Position numbers and translations under genes: made by a program. A stretch of DNA of 64,000 bases, from NCBI GenBank assembly GCA_963422365.1, contig OY729426.1, positions 704,001 through 768,000 on the forward strand, written 5' to 3'. Source of the DNA: Nitrospirales bacterium. Lineage in GTDB: Bacteria > Nitrospirota > Nitrospiria > Nitrospirales > UBA8639. The notes beneath the pieces were generated by a model that did not search any database, had not been told where the DNA came from, and saw only the letters and a list, made by a program, of their open reading frames with translations. This document shows positions 55,701 through 64,000 of the stretch, piece after piece (the stretch's first letter is position 1; every line of letters begins with the position of its first letter).

Positions 55701-56219
55701 CTGCTCGCGGAGCGAGTAGCCGATGCCGAATTCGCCATTTCGGGCCGGAAATTTGCGCATCAGCCCATTCACGACCTTCTGCTTGATCTTCACCGGCACA
55801 TCTGCGCCGACTTGATACCGGACATGGCGGGGCGTTGGCGACTTCGAGACGTTCGCGTCGGCGAACATCAAGCGCCGTCGCATTGGCAGGTTCCCATACT
55901 GATGCGCAACTATGCCGCCGACCTCGATGTGCGACTAGCGAACCTGGACGAGGATCCCGGCGAACGGCTCATCGATGACCTCGCCTTTGCCGAAGGCCGT
56001 CTCCTGCACATCCACCCGTTCGAGGATTTCAACGGGCGGGTTTCCCGCCTGTTCCTCGTCGAACTGCTCTACCGGTTGAATCTGCCGGTGATCGATCCCG
56101 CCGCGTCGTCGGAGGAGGAGACCAAGCGCTACTTTTCTGCCTTGCAGGCGTATGACCGATGCGACCCGCGCCCTCTTACTGCAATCTGGTGCCTCCGTTT
56201 CACACAGGGAAGCTCCTGA
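52722..56219 (+). CDS. cas3: Type I-G Cas3 (helicase + C-terminal HD) fused in-frame to a Fic domain
   Basis: 'IPTGFGKT', 'DEVQ', 'MSAT', 'STQVVEAGVDIS', 'QRFGRCAR'; HD 'WHDLGK', 'HHG', 'RAADQRAS'; then Fic 'HPFEDFNGRVSR' at 56013-56048. Confidence 0.92.
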   Translation: MNAFDHLFTKITGYDKAYQWQVELASPTDCGNRLICIPTGFGKTLGVLATWVWHRVHNPSDTWPRRLVWCLPMRVLVEQTESEVRAALDRLGLLWDGKSPHDGKVGVHLLMGGADAGQWHLYPECDAVLIGTQDMLLSRAMNRGYASPRARWPMEFGLLNQDALWVMDEVQLMDVGLATSGQLQVFRGDDQAAKKSLRPCFTWWMSATLQRTWLEKSPDTADLTAELARKTHGIGSKDRVGRLWNDVIKPWEAVPFTNPQELAEDLSQRHRDLGCGKKGPTLVVLNTVERAVAVWTALRRDRTLRDADTDIRLTHSRFRPVERQAWRAEFLNREACSPGTNRIIVSTQVVEAGVDISASLLVTELAPWPSLVQRFGRCARWGGMGRVVVADFGHDSDKKAAPYSEDELDAACEACKDLPYVGPIHLECFEDAHEALLPRLYPYEPRHLLLRHELDELFDTSPDLSGADIDISRFIRSGDERDVQVFWADVEDKSHPASNLKPKRDELCSVPFLKAREWLCASPKSEKLKPDAHAWVWDWLDRKWRRAGRRDLHPGQTVLVDSGVGGYDRARGWDPNSKAPVEPVSLVDEEPTGHRPCWKRDGDGWLPSERRIRKLPPEDLADDAEEDESLSVSGWQTIASHGLQVGEEVECIAKGVAPSEARLLHLAGRWHDLGKAHPAFQGSIQAHDRPERDDIAKAPDRAWPCSPNNMYRIDVTDQRRGFRHELASALGLFGVLQRHDSQHPALLGPWREWFDAMGDAHTTEDSTCGAVTAKPTAIEQEILDLAAAEFDLLAYLVCAHHGKVRMAWHASPADQKADDRRLRIRGVREDDILPPLPLADAAGKFQELPATALDLSPSEAGLSVRTGRSWTERVLNLVERFGPFTLAWLEALLRAADQRASMKVITDTLLQEQENNDAGQSLGKSHRTLAPPAGGGASTTPPGVDPPSRRQLHGDGGRAGGRSVDSGTTRPPHSATRYVETALGILSYQELAPLLAERVADAEFAISGRKFAHQPIHDLLLDLHRHICADLIPDMAGRWRLRDVRVGEHQAPSHWQVPILMRNYAADLDVRLANLDEDPGERLIDDLAFAEGRLLHIHPFEDFNGRVSRLFLVELLYRLNLPVIDPAASSEEETKRYFSALQAYDRCDPRPLTAIWCLRFTQGSS
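55471..55680 (+). CDS. Putative VbhA/FicA-like antitoxin nested in the +1 frame of cas3-fic
   Basis: AGGAG RBS at 55459-55463; 69 aa helical protein; 'NSMAMEG' fits the Fic-inhibitory (S/T)xxxE(G/N) motif; directly precedes the Fic domain. Confidence 0.72.
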   Translation: MPDNHWVKAIEHWRLLPEEERQRRHQESIPRHVANSMAMEGEPVDEAWIRERLALRIRPPATSKPPSAS

Positions 56220-58498
56220 TGATCCACGTCCATACACTCGACGGCTGCGCACCCGCGCCGCTGGCGCATTACCTCAAGGCGCTCGGCATCCTGCGGTTAG
56301 TCGCCGAGCAGGCCGACAGCGATGTGCGCGGGTGGTGGGCGGGAGATCGTTTTCGGCTGGCGACGAAGCTGGGCAGGGAGGAGCTGGAGGGGTTCTTTTT
56401 GAAGGACTACCAGCCCACGCCGCTCGTGTCTCCGTGGAACAAGGGTGCAGGTTTCTTCTTCGAGAACGACCCGGGAGTATCTCCCCTGGAGAAATCGACA
56501 AGCCCTCGATTCGCAGCCTTCCGTTCGGGCATCAAGGCAAGCCGATCACAACTTGAAAAACTGTCAGAGGTGGACCAGAAGGTCCGCGACATCAAAGCGG
56601 AAACCAAAATTAGGGGAATGAGCAAAGCGGAAAGAACCCGGATGCGGAGCTCTGAGGAATACAAGCAACGACTTCGAGAAGCAGAGAAGAGGTTCAAGCA
56701 GATCAAGGCGGATCTGATCCCCAGTTTCCGCTTGAATTGGCGGGGAACTCATCGAGAGTGGATGGATTCCGCGATGGTGTTGGGAGACGACGGAACTCCG
56801 AAATATCCTGCGCTGCTTGGCACCGGGGGCAACGACGGTCGACTCGATTTTACCAACAACTTCATGAAACGGCTTGGAGAAGTGTTCGATCTCGGCAGCG
56901 ATGACGGTGCGCCGCGGTCTGCAGCAACGTCTTGGGTGTCCGGGGCCCTTGGGGGCTCGCCGGTTCCGGGCAATCTGGCAGGACAACCTGTCGGTCAGTA
57001 CCTGCCAGGTACGGCCGGGGGCGCGAACAATGGGAATGGCCCCGATTCAGACAGTATGGTGAATCCGGTGGATTTCATCCTGATGCTCGAAGGCGCCATC
57101 GTATTTGCGTCGCACGTCTCCCGACGTTTCGGCTCGTTGGAATCCTCCCGCGCCGCTTCGCCGTTCGCGGTCAACGCCTGCGGAGCAGCATACGCGAGCG
57201 CGTCGACGGATGATGAGAGCGCGAGGGGCGAACAATGGATGCCGCTATGGTCGCGGCCGTCAACTTACGGGGAACTGCGCCGTCTTCTGGCCGAGGGCCG
57301 CGCTCAGATCGGCACTCGAAGCGCAAGAGAACCGCTGGATCTTGCTCGAGCGGTCAAACGTCTGGGCACCGCACGCGGTATTCGAAAATTCCAACGTTAC
57401 GGCTACATTGAGCGCAACGGGCAATCCAATCTGGCGGTTCCCCTGGGTCGTTTCGACGTGGCGGAACGTCAATCCGAACATCTAGTCTGCATGGAAGATC
57501 TCCATCTCTGGTTGCGGCGTCTGCGTCAAGAGGCGCGCGGCCAGAACGCACCAGCTCGCTTATTCATTGCGGAAAAAAGTCTTGCGGATGCGCTCTTTGC
57601 TGTCACTGAACACTCCGGCACCCCGGAATGCTGGCAACGCATTCTTGCGCAGTTGGCGGAAATCGAAGGAATCATGGCCCACGGCAGCGGCTTCAACGCC
57701 CAGACCATTCCGCGTCTGTGCCCGGAATGGGTGTCCGCGAGCGATGACGGAACGCCGGAATTCCGCTTGGCTCTCGCCTTTGCATTGCAGGCGCAAGATT
57801 TCCACCGGTTATGGAAGACGCCAATCGATCCGATTCGGCGTCACTGGCTTCCCCTTGACCGAAAGCAGCCATCGCGCTTTGCCACGACCGGCACAGGCGC
57901 CACAACAAGGCTCGATTTGCAGCCGGAAGTGGTCATGCACGGCCGCCGGGGGCTTGACGACGCCATCGCCCTGGTCGAGCGGCGTCTGGTGGAGGCTTCC
58001 CAGCGCGCAGGCCGCCATCTGCCGCTTAAGGCAGCGCCGTGTGCGGCCGCTGGCATAGCCGACCTTGCGGCGTTGCTCTATGGCCATGTGGATCTGGATC
58101 GCACCCTGGCTCTGGCGCGCGCCCTCATGGCGCTGGATCGCAAGGCATGGGTTGAGCGCCACATACCCATCGAGTTCCCTCGCGCTTCGGATTGGTCGGA
58201 CGATGCCTGGCTGGCGATCCGTCTGTGTACGCTGCCTTGGCCGCTCAAGACGCGCTCCGGGTTCAAGCTCGACATCGGAACCAACCGGGCCATCGTCCGC
58301 CGTCTTGCCGTCGGCGACGCTGCCTCCGCCGTCACCATTGCGTTACGCCGTCTGGGTGCGGCCGGCGTCCGCTGCACCGTCCGTGCCGGTGCAGCGTCTC
58401 CCGAGACTTCTCGGTTGTGGGCCGCAGCCCTGGCTTTCCCCATCACCCAAGGAACCGCTAGGCGGTTTCTCTATTGCTTAGATCCGAATAAGGAGTAA
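56219..58498 (+). CDS. csx17: Type I-G large subunit Cas8g1/Csx17
   Basis: 'LDGCAPAPLAHYLKALGILRLVAEQAD', 'LLGTGGNDGRLDF', 'NPVDFILMLEG', 'WMPLW'; TGATG coupling to cas3-fic. Confidence 0.92.
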   Translation: MIHVHTLDGCAPAPLAHYLKALGILRLVAEQADSDVRGWWAGDRFRLATKLGREELEGFFLKDYQPTPLVSPWNKGAGFFFENDPGVSPLEKSTSPRFAAFRSGIKASRSQLEKLSEVDQKVRDIKAETKIRGMSKAERTRMRSSEEYKQRLREAEKRFKQIKADLIPSFRLNWRGTHREWMDSAMVLGDDGTPKYPALLGTGGNDGRLDFTNNFMKRLGEVFDLGSDDGAPRSAATSWVSGALGGSPVPGNLAGQPVGQYLPGTAGGANNGNGPDSDSMVNPVDFILMLEGAIVFASHVSRRFGSLESSRAASPFAVNACGAAYASASTDDESARGEQWMPLWSRPSTYGELRRLLAEGRAQIGTRSAREPLDLARAVKRLGTARGIRKFQRYGYIERNGQSNLAVPLGRFDVAERQSEHLVCMEDLHLWLRRLRQEARGQNAPARLFIAEKSLADALFAVTEHSGTPECWQRILAQLAEIEGIMAHGSGFNAQTIPRLCPEWVSASDDGTPEFRLALAFALQAQDFHRLWKTPIDPIRRHWLPLDRKQPSRFATTGTGATTRLDLQPEVVMHGRRGLDDAIALVERRLVEASQRAGRHLPLKAAPCAAAGIADLAALLYGHVDLDRTLALARALMALDRKAWVERHIPIEFPRASDWSDDAWLAIRLCTLPWPLKTRSGFKLDIGTNRAIVRRLAVGDAASAVTIALRRLGAAGVRCTVRAGAASPETSRLWAAALAFPITQGTARRFLYCLDPNKE

Positions 58499-58503
58499 TA
58501 ACT

Positions 58504-59535
58504 ATGACTATTGACTTGAAGCCACTGGAAAACGCCAATCGTTTGCTGTTCAGGATTCCCTTGGAGCCGTTGCAGGGAGGCCGATTTCAACCCACCGGAT
58601 TCCCCTCCCTGGGTGCTGCAGAGTTTCAGACTGTCAACGGCAAAAGCCTTTTGGTGGAGTCAGCGCAGAGCATGGCCAACCGCTTGGAGATGACCGTTTG
58701 GGATACTGCTAAGAACAATGTTAAGGAGGATCTGAACGGGCTGTCGCATGTGCGCGTAACCCGAAATGGCGCGTTTCTGACCGATACGATCTTGGATTCG
58801 CATCGGTTAAACAGTCCCTACCTGCTCGAAGGCAAGAAGGATAGGACGTTCCTCAATACGCTCAAGGATGAACTCGGAGTATTGGAGACTGGCCCAATTG
58901 ATCGTCAAAAGCTTGCCGAGGTGCTGTTGAAATACGACGTCAACTCGCTGATACACGGGGTGTTTCTGGCGAAAAAGGAGTTGGCGGGTGGCCGCCTGCG
59001 CATCGCCCGCGCTTTGTCGGCTTTCATCGAAGCGGACAATGTCCAGGTCGCGGCCTCTGGCGGCGTGAAGAATGACCACGTCAATCCATCGGGCGACGCC
59101 AAGGCAGGTTTCGGCAACGTTCCATTCGCACGGGACGAATACACCGCTGAGTCGATCACCCTATACGTCAATCTGGACTTGGTGCAGATCCGGGGCTATG
59201 GGCTGGGAGATGCAGTAGAACGCCTTCTGATTCTGTTGTCGCTATACAAGCTGCGCGCCCTGACCGGCGCAGGGATGCGCTTACGCACGGCCTGCGACCT
59301 GAAGGTCGTAGACAAAGATATCCAGGCGACGATGTCGGAGAGATGGGCGCTTCCCGGACTCGAAGACTTGGCAAGCGAAGTAACGTCCGCTATAGCCAAA
59401 TGCAAAGACTCCGATGGCAAAGACCGAATGAAGGTGACCCCCGTAACATTCGAAGACGAACTCAAGAAGGGTAAGGCGGAAGGCCAGGCAGGGCTGGACG
59501 ACGACGCCAACGACCACGAGGATGCCAGCGAGTAG
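58504..59535 (+). CDS. csb1: Type I-G backbone Cas7g/Csb1
   Basis: 'RFQPTGFP', 'LLVESAQSMANRLE', 'HRLNSPY', 'SGGVKND', 'LRTACDL'. Confidence 0.92.
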   Translation: MTIDLKPLENANRLLFRIPLEPLQGGRFQPTGFPSLGAAEFQTVNGKSLLVESAQSMANRLEMTVWDTAKNNVKEDLNGLSHVRVTRNGAFLTDTILDSHRLNSPYLLEGKKDRTFLNTLKDELGVLETGPIDRQKLAEVLLKYDVNSLIHGVFLAKKELAGGRLRIARALSAFIEADNVQVAASGGVKNDHVNPSGDAKAGFGNVPFARDEYTAESITLYVNLDLVQIRGYGLGDAVERLLILLSLYKLRALTGAGMRLRTACDLKVVDKDIQATMSERWALPGLEDLASEVTSAIAKCKDSDGKDRMKVTPVTFEDELKKGKAEGQAGLDDDANDHEDASE

Positions 59536-59539
59536 AGCC

Positions 59540-61234
59540 ATGCCGCTATCTGTCGCTTTTGGGTTCCTCGCGGGACGCTACCACGCCACGCCGTTCGGGC
59601 ACCACGTCAACGAGGGGTTGATCGAGTGGCCGCCTTCGCCCTGGCGGCTGCTGCGGGCGCTGATTTCCGCCGGCTACACGGCCGGTGCCTGGGACGGTGC
59701 CGGTCCGCCGGATGTTGCTCGCAGCCTCATCGAAAAACTGTCCGCCGAGCTGCCACGCTATCGCCTGCCGCCTGCGGTCGGCACCCACAGCCGCCATTAC
59801 ATGCCCATCGGCGTATTGGACAGCAAAACGAAGATCGAAAAGACGACCCTGGTGTTCGACACCTGGGCGCGCATTGAAGACGAAGAATTGACGGTCACCT
59901 GGAACGATGCCCGTCTGGACGAGGTCGAGCGCTCCCTCCTCGGCGTTCTGGTGGCGCGCCTGAGCTACCTGGGGCGCTCGGAAAGCTGGGTGTCAGGCCG
60001 GGTAATGGGAGAGCACGAACCGACGCCAGACGCCAACTGCTTTCCCGAACGCCAGGGAGAGACGCCCGGCCACGGCTGGGAGCAGGTGCCTCTGCTTGCG
60101 GCCATAAGCGCCGCCGACTTCGCGGCTTGGCGCACAAAGCAACTTGACCATGCCCTCGCCAAACACCCCTTGCCAGACGGGAGGAACCCGTCCGAAACGC
60201 TCCTCAACAAAAGTAAAAAAGCCGCAGCGCCCTACCCCGACGACCTGCTGGATTGCCTGCAAAGGGACACGAACTGGCTGCGCTCCCACGGATGGAGCCA
60301 GCCGCCCGGCAGTCGGCGCGTCTTCTACTGGCGGATGTCCAATGCCGTCGCAGTGGGCGCGCCGAAGACGACAAGAAGAGCAACTCCATCCGCGCCACGG
60401 GTCGAGGCCATGCTCCTGTCCCTCACCAACGCCAGCCGTAACGACCATGCGCTGCCGCCGGTGACCCGAACCTTGCCGCAAGCGGAGTTGCTGCATCGTG
60501 CGCTTGTCGGCATCGCTACTCGGCACGGTGCGCCACCGCCTGAACTCACCGGACGCGACGAGAACCGCCAACCGCTTCAAGGACCGCATGAACACGCGCA
60601 CATCAATCCTCTCGATCTGGACGGCGACGGGCACCTGGACCACATCCTGATTTGGGCGCCCGTGGGCCTCGGCGCCGAGGCCCAAGCCGCCATCCGCGCC
60701 GCACGAAGAACGTTTACGAAGGGCGGCATTGAACCGTTGCGTCTCGCTTTGGCGGCGACGGGGGAACTGAGCGATCTGGTCCGATTGCCAAGGAGGTACG
60801 GGCAGCGGGTTGCCCGCATCACGGATTGTGCGTCAATCTGGCAATCGGCGACGCCCTTTGTTCCGCCTAGATACATCAAGGTGCGCGGCAAGAACACGCT
60901 CGAAGGGCAGATACGAGCCGAACTGTCTTCGCGGGGATTTCCCGAACCGATCGCGGTGCATCAGCTCGCGTCCATGCCTCGGAATCGAAACGATACCGTG
61001 CCGACGAATGGAGCTGCCGATGAAAGAGGCAAGGCGACTTGGAGTCGGCTCCGCCATTTCAAACTTGTGCGCCGACGCGGGCCAGAGCCGCCGGCAGCTT
61101 GCGGATTCGCCATTCGGCTGGAATTCGAGCCTCCGATCTCCGGCCCCATCGCGCTTGGCTATGGGTCGCATTTCGGCCTGGGGTTGTTCGAGCGGATACC
61201 CTCCGAGGCGGTCATTGACTATGGCGACGAGTAA
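59540..61234 (+). CDS. csb2: Type I-G Cas5/Cas6 fusion Csb2
   Basis: 'GRYHATPFG..EWPPSPWRLLRAL', 'YLGRSES', G-rich loop 'GPIALGYGSHFGLGLF'. Confidence 0.93.
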   Translation: MPLSVAFGFLAGRYHATPFGHHVNEGLIEWPPSPWRLLRALISAGYTAGAWDGAGPPDVARSLIEKLSAELPRYRLPPAVGTHSRHYMPIGVLDSKTKIEKTTLVFDTWARIEDEELTVTWNDARLDEVERSLLGVLVARLSYLGRSESWVSGRVMGEHEPTPDANCFPERQGETPGHGWEQVPLLAAISAADFAAWRTKQLDHALAKHPLPDGRNPSETLLNKSKKAAAPYPDDLLDCLQRDTNWLRSHGWSQPPGSRRVFYWRMSNAVAVGAPKTTRRATPSAPRVEAMLLSLTNASRNDHALPPVTRTLPQAELLHRALVGIATRHGAPPPELTGRDENRQPLQGPHEHAHINPLDLDGDGHLDHILIWAPVGLGAEAQAAIRAARRTFTKGGIEPLRLALAATGELSDLVRLPRRYGQRVARITDCASIWQSATPFVPPRYIKVRGKNTLEGQIRAELSSRGFPEPIAVHQLASMPRNRNDTVPTNGAADERGKATWSRLRHFKLVRRRGPEPPAACGFAIRLEFEPPISGPIALGYGSHFGLGLFERIPSEAVIDYGDE

Positions 61235-61627
61235 GAAGCTGTGCGACGCCGCGTCCATACTGCGCATGATTCGAGATGCCCTTGGCAAGCAGATCAGCGG
61301 CAGGACGTTCGAGGAAGAGCGACCCTCCGTGCGGCGGCGTCTCCATGAGCCTGCGGTATCGCCGGTACCGGCAATGATGATTCCACAAAAACCGGCTCGC
61401 CGCGGATGGCAGAGACGAGTCGTGACGTATGCTGCCGAAAGGATCCGCACGATTCCGTGCAAGCGAAGATCCGGCGTTTCAGGACAGCGCGGCGAGTCGC
61501 ACGTGGAACCCAACGGAAGCGGCCTTTAACCATCGGAAGAGGGAATGCGATACGTCAATCGGCAAAACCGGTTGATCGTTGATGGCGCACGTGGGGAGCA
61601 ATATTCGAGTGCCCTGCCCATTCCACC

Positions 61628-63220
61628 TCAGGGTACAGCGGGAACGGCCCGGCGGAGTTTCTGCATCACTTTAAAAAAGCCATGCCGACCGGTGACGGCA
61701 GCTGCGGCTGAGACCCCGCCCATGAGCGCACCGACAATGCCCACTGCGCAGACGTCCGACCCACTGAGGTATAACCCGGGCACCGGTGTTTGAGGTGTGA
61801 GCCAATCCAGCCCGTAGCGCGCCGGCACGGCCGGCAGGCCGTACATCATGCCGTGCTCTCTGCTGGTAAAGTTCCGGATCGTCAGCGGTGTCGACAACTC
61901 CTGGAAGGCAATCAACTCGCTAAACCCGGGATAATGGCTCTCGACCAGTTTCACCATGCCGTCGGCAATGGTCCGTTTCAATCCGTCATACGCCTTGCCC
62001 CGATTCCTCCAGGGTTTGTCCTGCCATTGCGTAAAATGAGCATACTCCGTAAAACAGATGATCTCGGCCGTGGCGCTCTTTGCATCCGAGTTTTTCAGGG
62101 AGGGAAAGGAGAGATAACAGGCCCGGCAGCGCCCTTCCAGCAGCGCGTTGGTGTCATGGAGCAACCCATCGTGATCGTACCCTGTAAAAATCCAGTGATT
62201 TTCTCCGTTGAAACCCAAGGCGCGCGGGTCATCCTTGAATCCGATATACAGGGTCACGGCGCTGCATGCGCACCTGAAACGATGCAACTCATCCAGGAAG
62301 GGGATGGGAATGGATGCCGGCAGGAGTTTGTTATATGTCAGGTCTGCGCCCACGTTGGAAATCACGATGGGGGCGGAAAACGTGAGCGACTCCCGTCTTG
62401 CGCCCTTGATTGTTTCCACGGCCACGCCTACCGCCCGATTATCATGAACAAGAATCCTGACGGCCTCATGGTTGACCAAACACCGCCCGCCTCGGGCTTC
62501 AATCACGGGCAGAATGGAACGCGCCACGCGCGTGCTGCCGCCCTTTGGAAACCAGGCCCCGTTCAGGAAATGATGGACAATCAACGCATGGATCGCGAAC
62601 GCGCTGTCGGCAGGTGGTAGGCCGTAATCGCCCCACTGCGAGGCGAGTACCGCCTTCAATTGCGGATCATTAAAATACTTGTCCAGAATCGTTCTGGTTG
62701 TCGAGAGGGCCAGCTTTTTGCCTGGCAGGTTGCTCAATCGGATAAACGGTTGCACCCAGGCCGGCATAACGGGCCTCAGGAACTGTCTCTGCGACCATGC
62801 CGCCGCACGGTGAATGGCCTTGAAATAGGCGCGAATGGGCGCGTTCTCGTCGGGAAATTGCTTGACCAGGGCTGCCGTATAGGCCGCTTCATCGTCCGCC
62901 ACCTCAAAGGTAAAATCAGGATACACGAAACGCTCAAACACCGTGGGCAGTTTCTCCCAGTCCAGCCGGCCGTCGGAGATAAAGTCGAACACCTGCCTTG
63001 GCAGGTCACCGCGTTGCATCTCGCCGACATAATGCAGCCCGACGTCAAAATGATAATCGCCCCGCCGGAATTCATGAGTGAGCCCGCCTGGGATCCAGTG
63101 CTTCTCGAGGATCAGCACCTTTTTATGGTTTATCTTTGCCAGCAACGCGGCACTGGTCAGACCGCCGATGCCGGATCCGATGACGATAACGTCGTACGTA
63201 TGCTCAGCCTGCAGCGCCAT
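61628..63220 (-). CDS. Phytoene desaturase / retinol saturase-like FAD oxidoreductase
   Basis: 'VIGSGIGGL', 'FDVGLHY', 'STPLT', 'LYLSGSD'. Confidence 0.88.
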   Translation of the reverse strand: MALQAEHTYDVIVIGSGIGGLTSAALLAKINHKKVLILEKHWIPGGLTHEFRRGDYHFDVGLHYVGEMQRGDLPRQVFDFISDGRLDWEKLPTVFERFVYPDFTFEVADDEAAYTAALVKQFPDENAPIRAYFKAIHRAAAWSQRQFLRPVMPAWVQPFIRLSNLPGKKLALSTTRTILDKYFNDPQLKAVLASQWGDYGLPPADSAFAIHALIVHHFLNGAWFPKGGSTRVARSILPVIEARGGRCLVNHEAVRILVHDNRAVGVAVETIKGARRESLTFSAPIVISNVGADLTYNKLLPASIPIPFLDELHRFRCACSAVTLYIGFKDDPRALGFNGENHWIFTGYDHDGLLHDTNALLEGRCRACYLSFPSLKNSDAKSATAEIICFTEYAHFTQWQDKPWRNRGKAYDGLKRTIADGMVKLVESHYPGFSELIAFQELSTPLTIRNFTSREHGMMYGLPAVPARYGLDWLTPQTPVPGLYLSGSDVCAVGIVGALMGGVSAAAAVTGRHGFFKVMQKLRRAVPAVP

Positions 63221-63221
63221 A

Positions 63222-63695
63222 TCAGACCGGTTGATCAACCATCCAATAGACTGAGAGAAGGGGGAAGATCGCCGCGCTCGTGCCGAAGCCGTTCCAGATG
63301 CGGGTCAAACGCCGGTATTGCGCCGGGATCACCCCGCCAGCGCTAAAGGCCCGTGCCAACCTGGTTTGTTTGATCTGCACCGGCACCAATCTGCTGACCC
63401 AGATAATCCCGGACGAGATAATCAGTATCCGGCCATTCGCTAGCCAGGCCAGGCCCGGCGCATTGTCCATCAAGGCATGCACCATACTCCCCTGTAGCAA
63501 CCAGCAGGGCGCGACCCCCAGGGCGGTAAAGACAGAATCCGTCAGGGTCACCTGACGTTGGGCAAACGCGACGATTGTCGCATCACGGGTTTGGTCGGCT
63601 ATGATCTTCCACCGCGTCGTAACGATCATGTTGCCGAGAAACAGCATGACACCGAGCATAGGCAGGCTCTTGAATCATACATCGTGATCGGCCAT
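63222..63695 (-). pseudogene. DUF2269-like membrane protein with early in-frame stop
   Basis: ATG at 63695 reads MADHDV*FKSLPMLGVMLFLGNMIVT...; several hydrophobic helices follow. Confidence 0.55.
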
Positions 63696-63697
63696 GG

Positions 63698-64000
63698 TCA
63701 GCGAGTCCTCAGATTGACGTTCACAGTCTTGGCGGGGACGCTGAACGCAAACCGCGCCTCTTCATAGCTGGCCGGACCGAAGAAAGCCTGGGGGTTGTTC
63801 GAAAAACCATAGCCTTCCTTCGGGATACCGGTAAAATTTTTGTCCAGTTTGCCGTTGTTATTTTCATCGTGGTAGAGCTTGATGGCGTATTCCCCATAGG
63901 GCAGCCGTTCGAATACATACTCGGCCTGCCCGTCATGCACCTCGGCAGTCACGGACTGATAGGCCTGTTTACTATCTTCGTCCCCCCGCCCGTGGTCTGC
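63698..64000 (-). CDS. DUF2141-family protein (5' end outside window)
   Basis: 'YAIKLYHDENNNGKLDKNFTGIPKEGYGFSNN...GPASYEEARF'. Confidence 0.88.
   Translation of the reverse strand, partial: ADHGRGDEDSKQAYQSVTAEVHDGQAEYVFERLPYGEYAIKLYHDENNNGKLDKNFTGIPKEGYGFSNNPQAFFGPASYEEARFAFSVPAKTVNVNLRTR

Noticed and set aside
61235..61627. Possible CRISPR repeat (…CCGCGGATGG at ~61400) after csb2
   Set aside because: Single short match with no palindromic partner and no regularly spaced copies
46827..64000. attR copy of the tRNA-Arg 3' end or an integrase delimiting an island
   Set aside because: None seen by eye; island limits cannot be defined

Overview
The window is the chromosomal origin region of a bacterium. 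Gene order and protein style resemble Nitrospirales, but this is an inference. Core content: mfd-surA, engB, smpB, dciA, dnaA-dnaN-gyrB-gyrA, oriC with DnaA boxes and a DnaA-trio tract, hisS, rpmH-rnpA-yidD-yidC-mnmE, mnmG-rsmG-parAB with two parS sites, mnmA, F1 ATP synthase atpHAGDC and rluD. Interspersed accessory DNA is often decayed: a broken RecQ-PRTase next to an intact DprA, an N-terminal relic of a type II-B (Francisella-like) Cas9, a DGR-target-like FGE-sulfatase relic, and a sigma54-controlled pirin/MBL/amidohydrolase cluster. tRNA-Arg(UCG) is followed by a TIGR04255-like three-gene cassette. The most striking locus is a GC-rich type I-G (I-U) CRISPR interference module at 52.7-61.2 kb. 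Its Cas3 reads through in frame into a Fic domain, while a small VbhA/FicA-like antitoxin ORF (SMAMEG motif, own RBS) is nested in the +1 frame of the Cas3-Fic linker. No CRISPR array or cas1/2/4 was seen in the window. All calls come from reading the sequence and from recalled family motifs; no searches were run.
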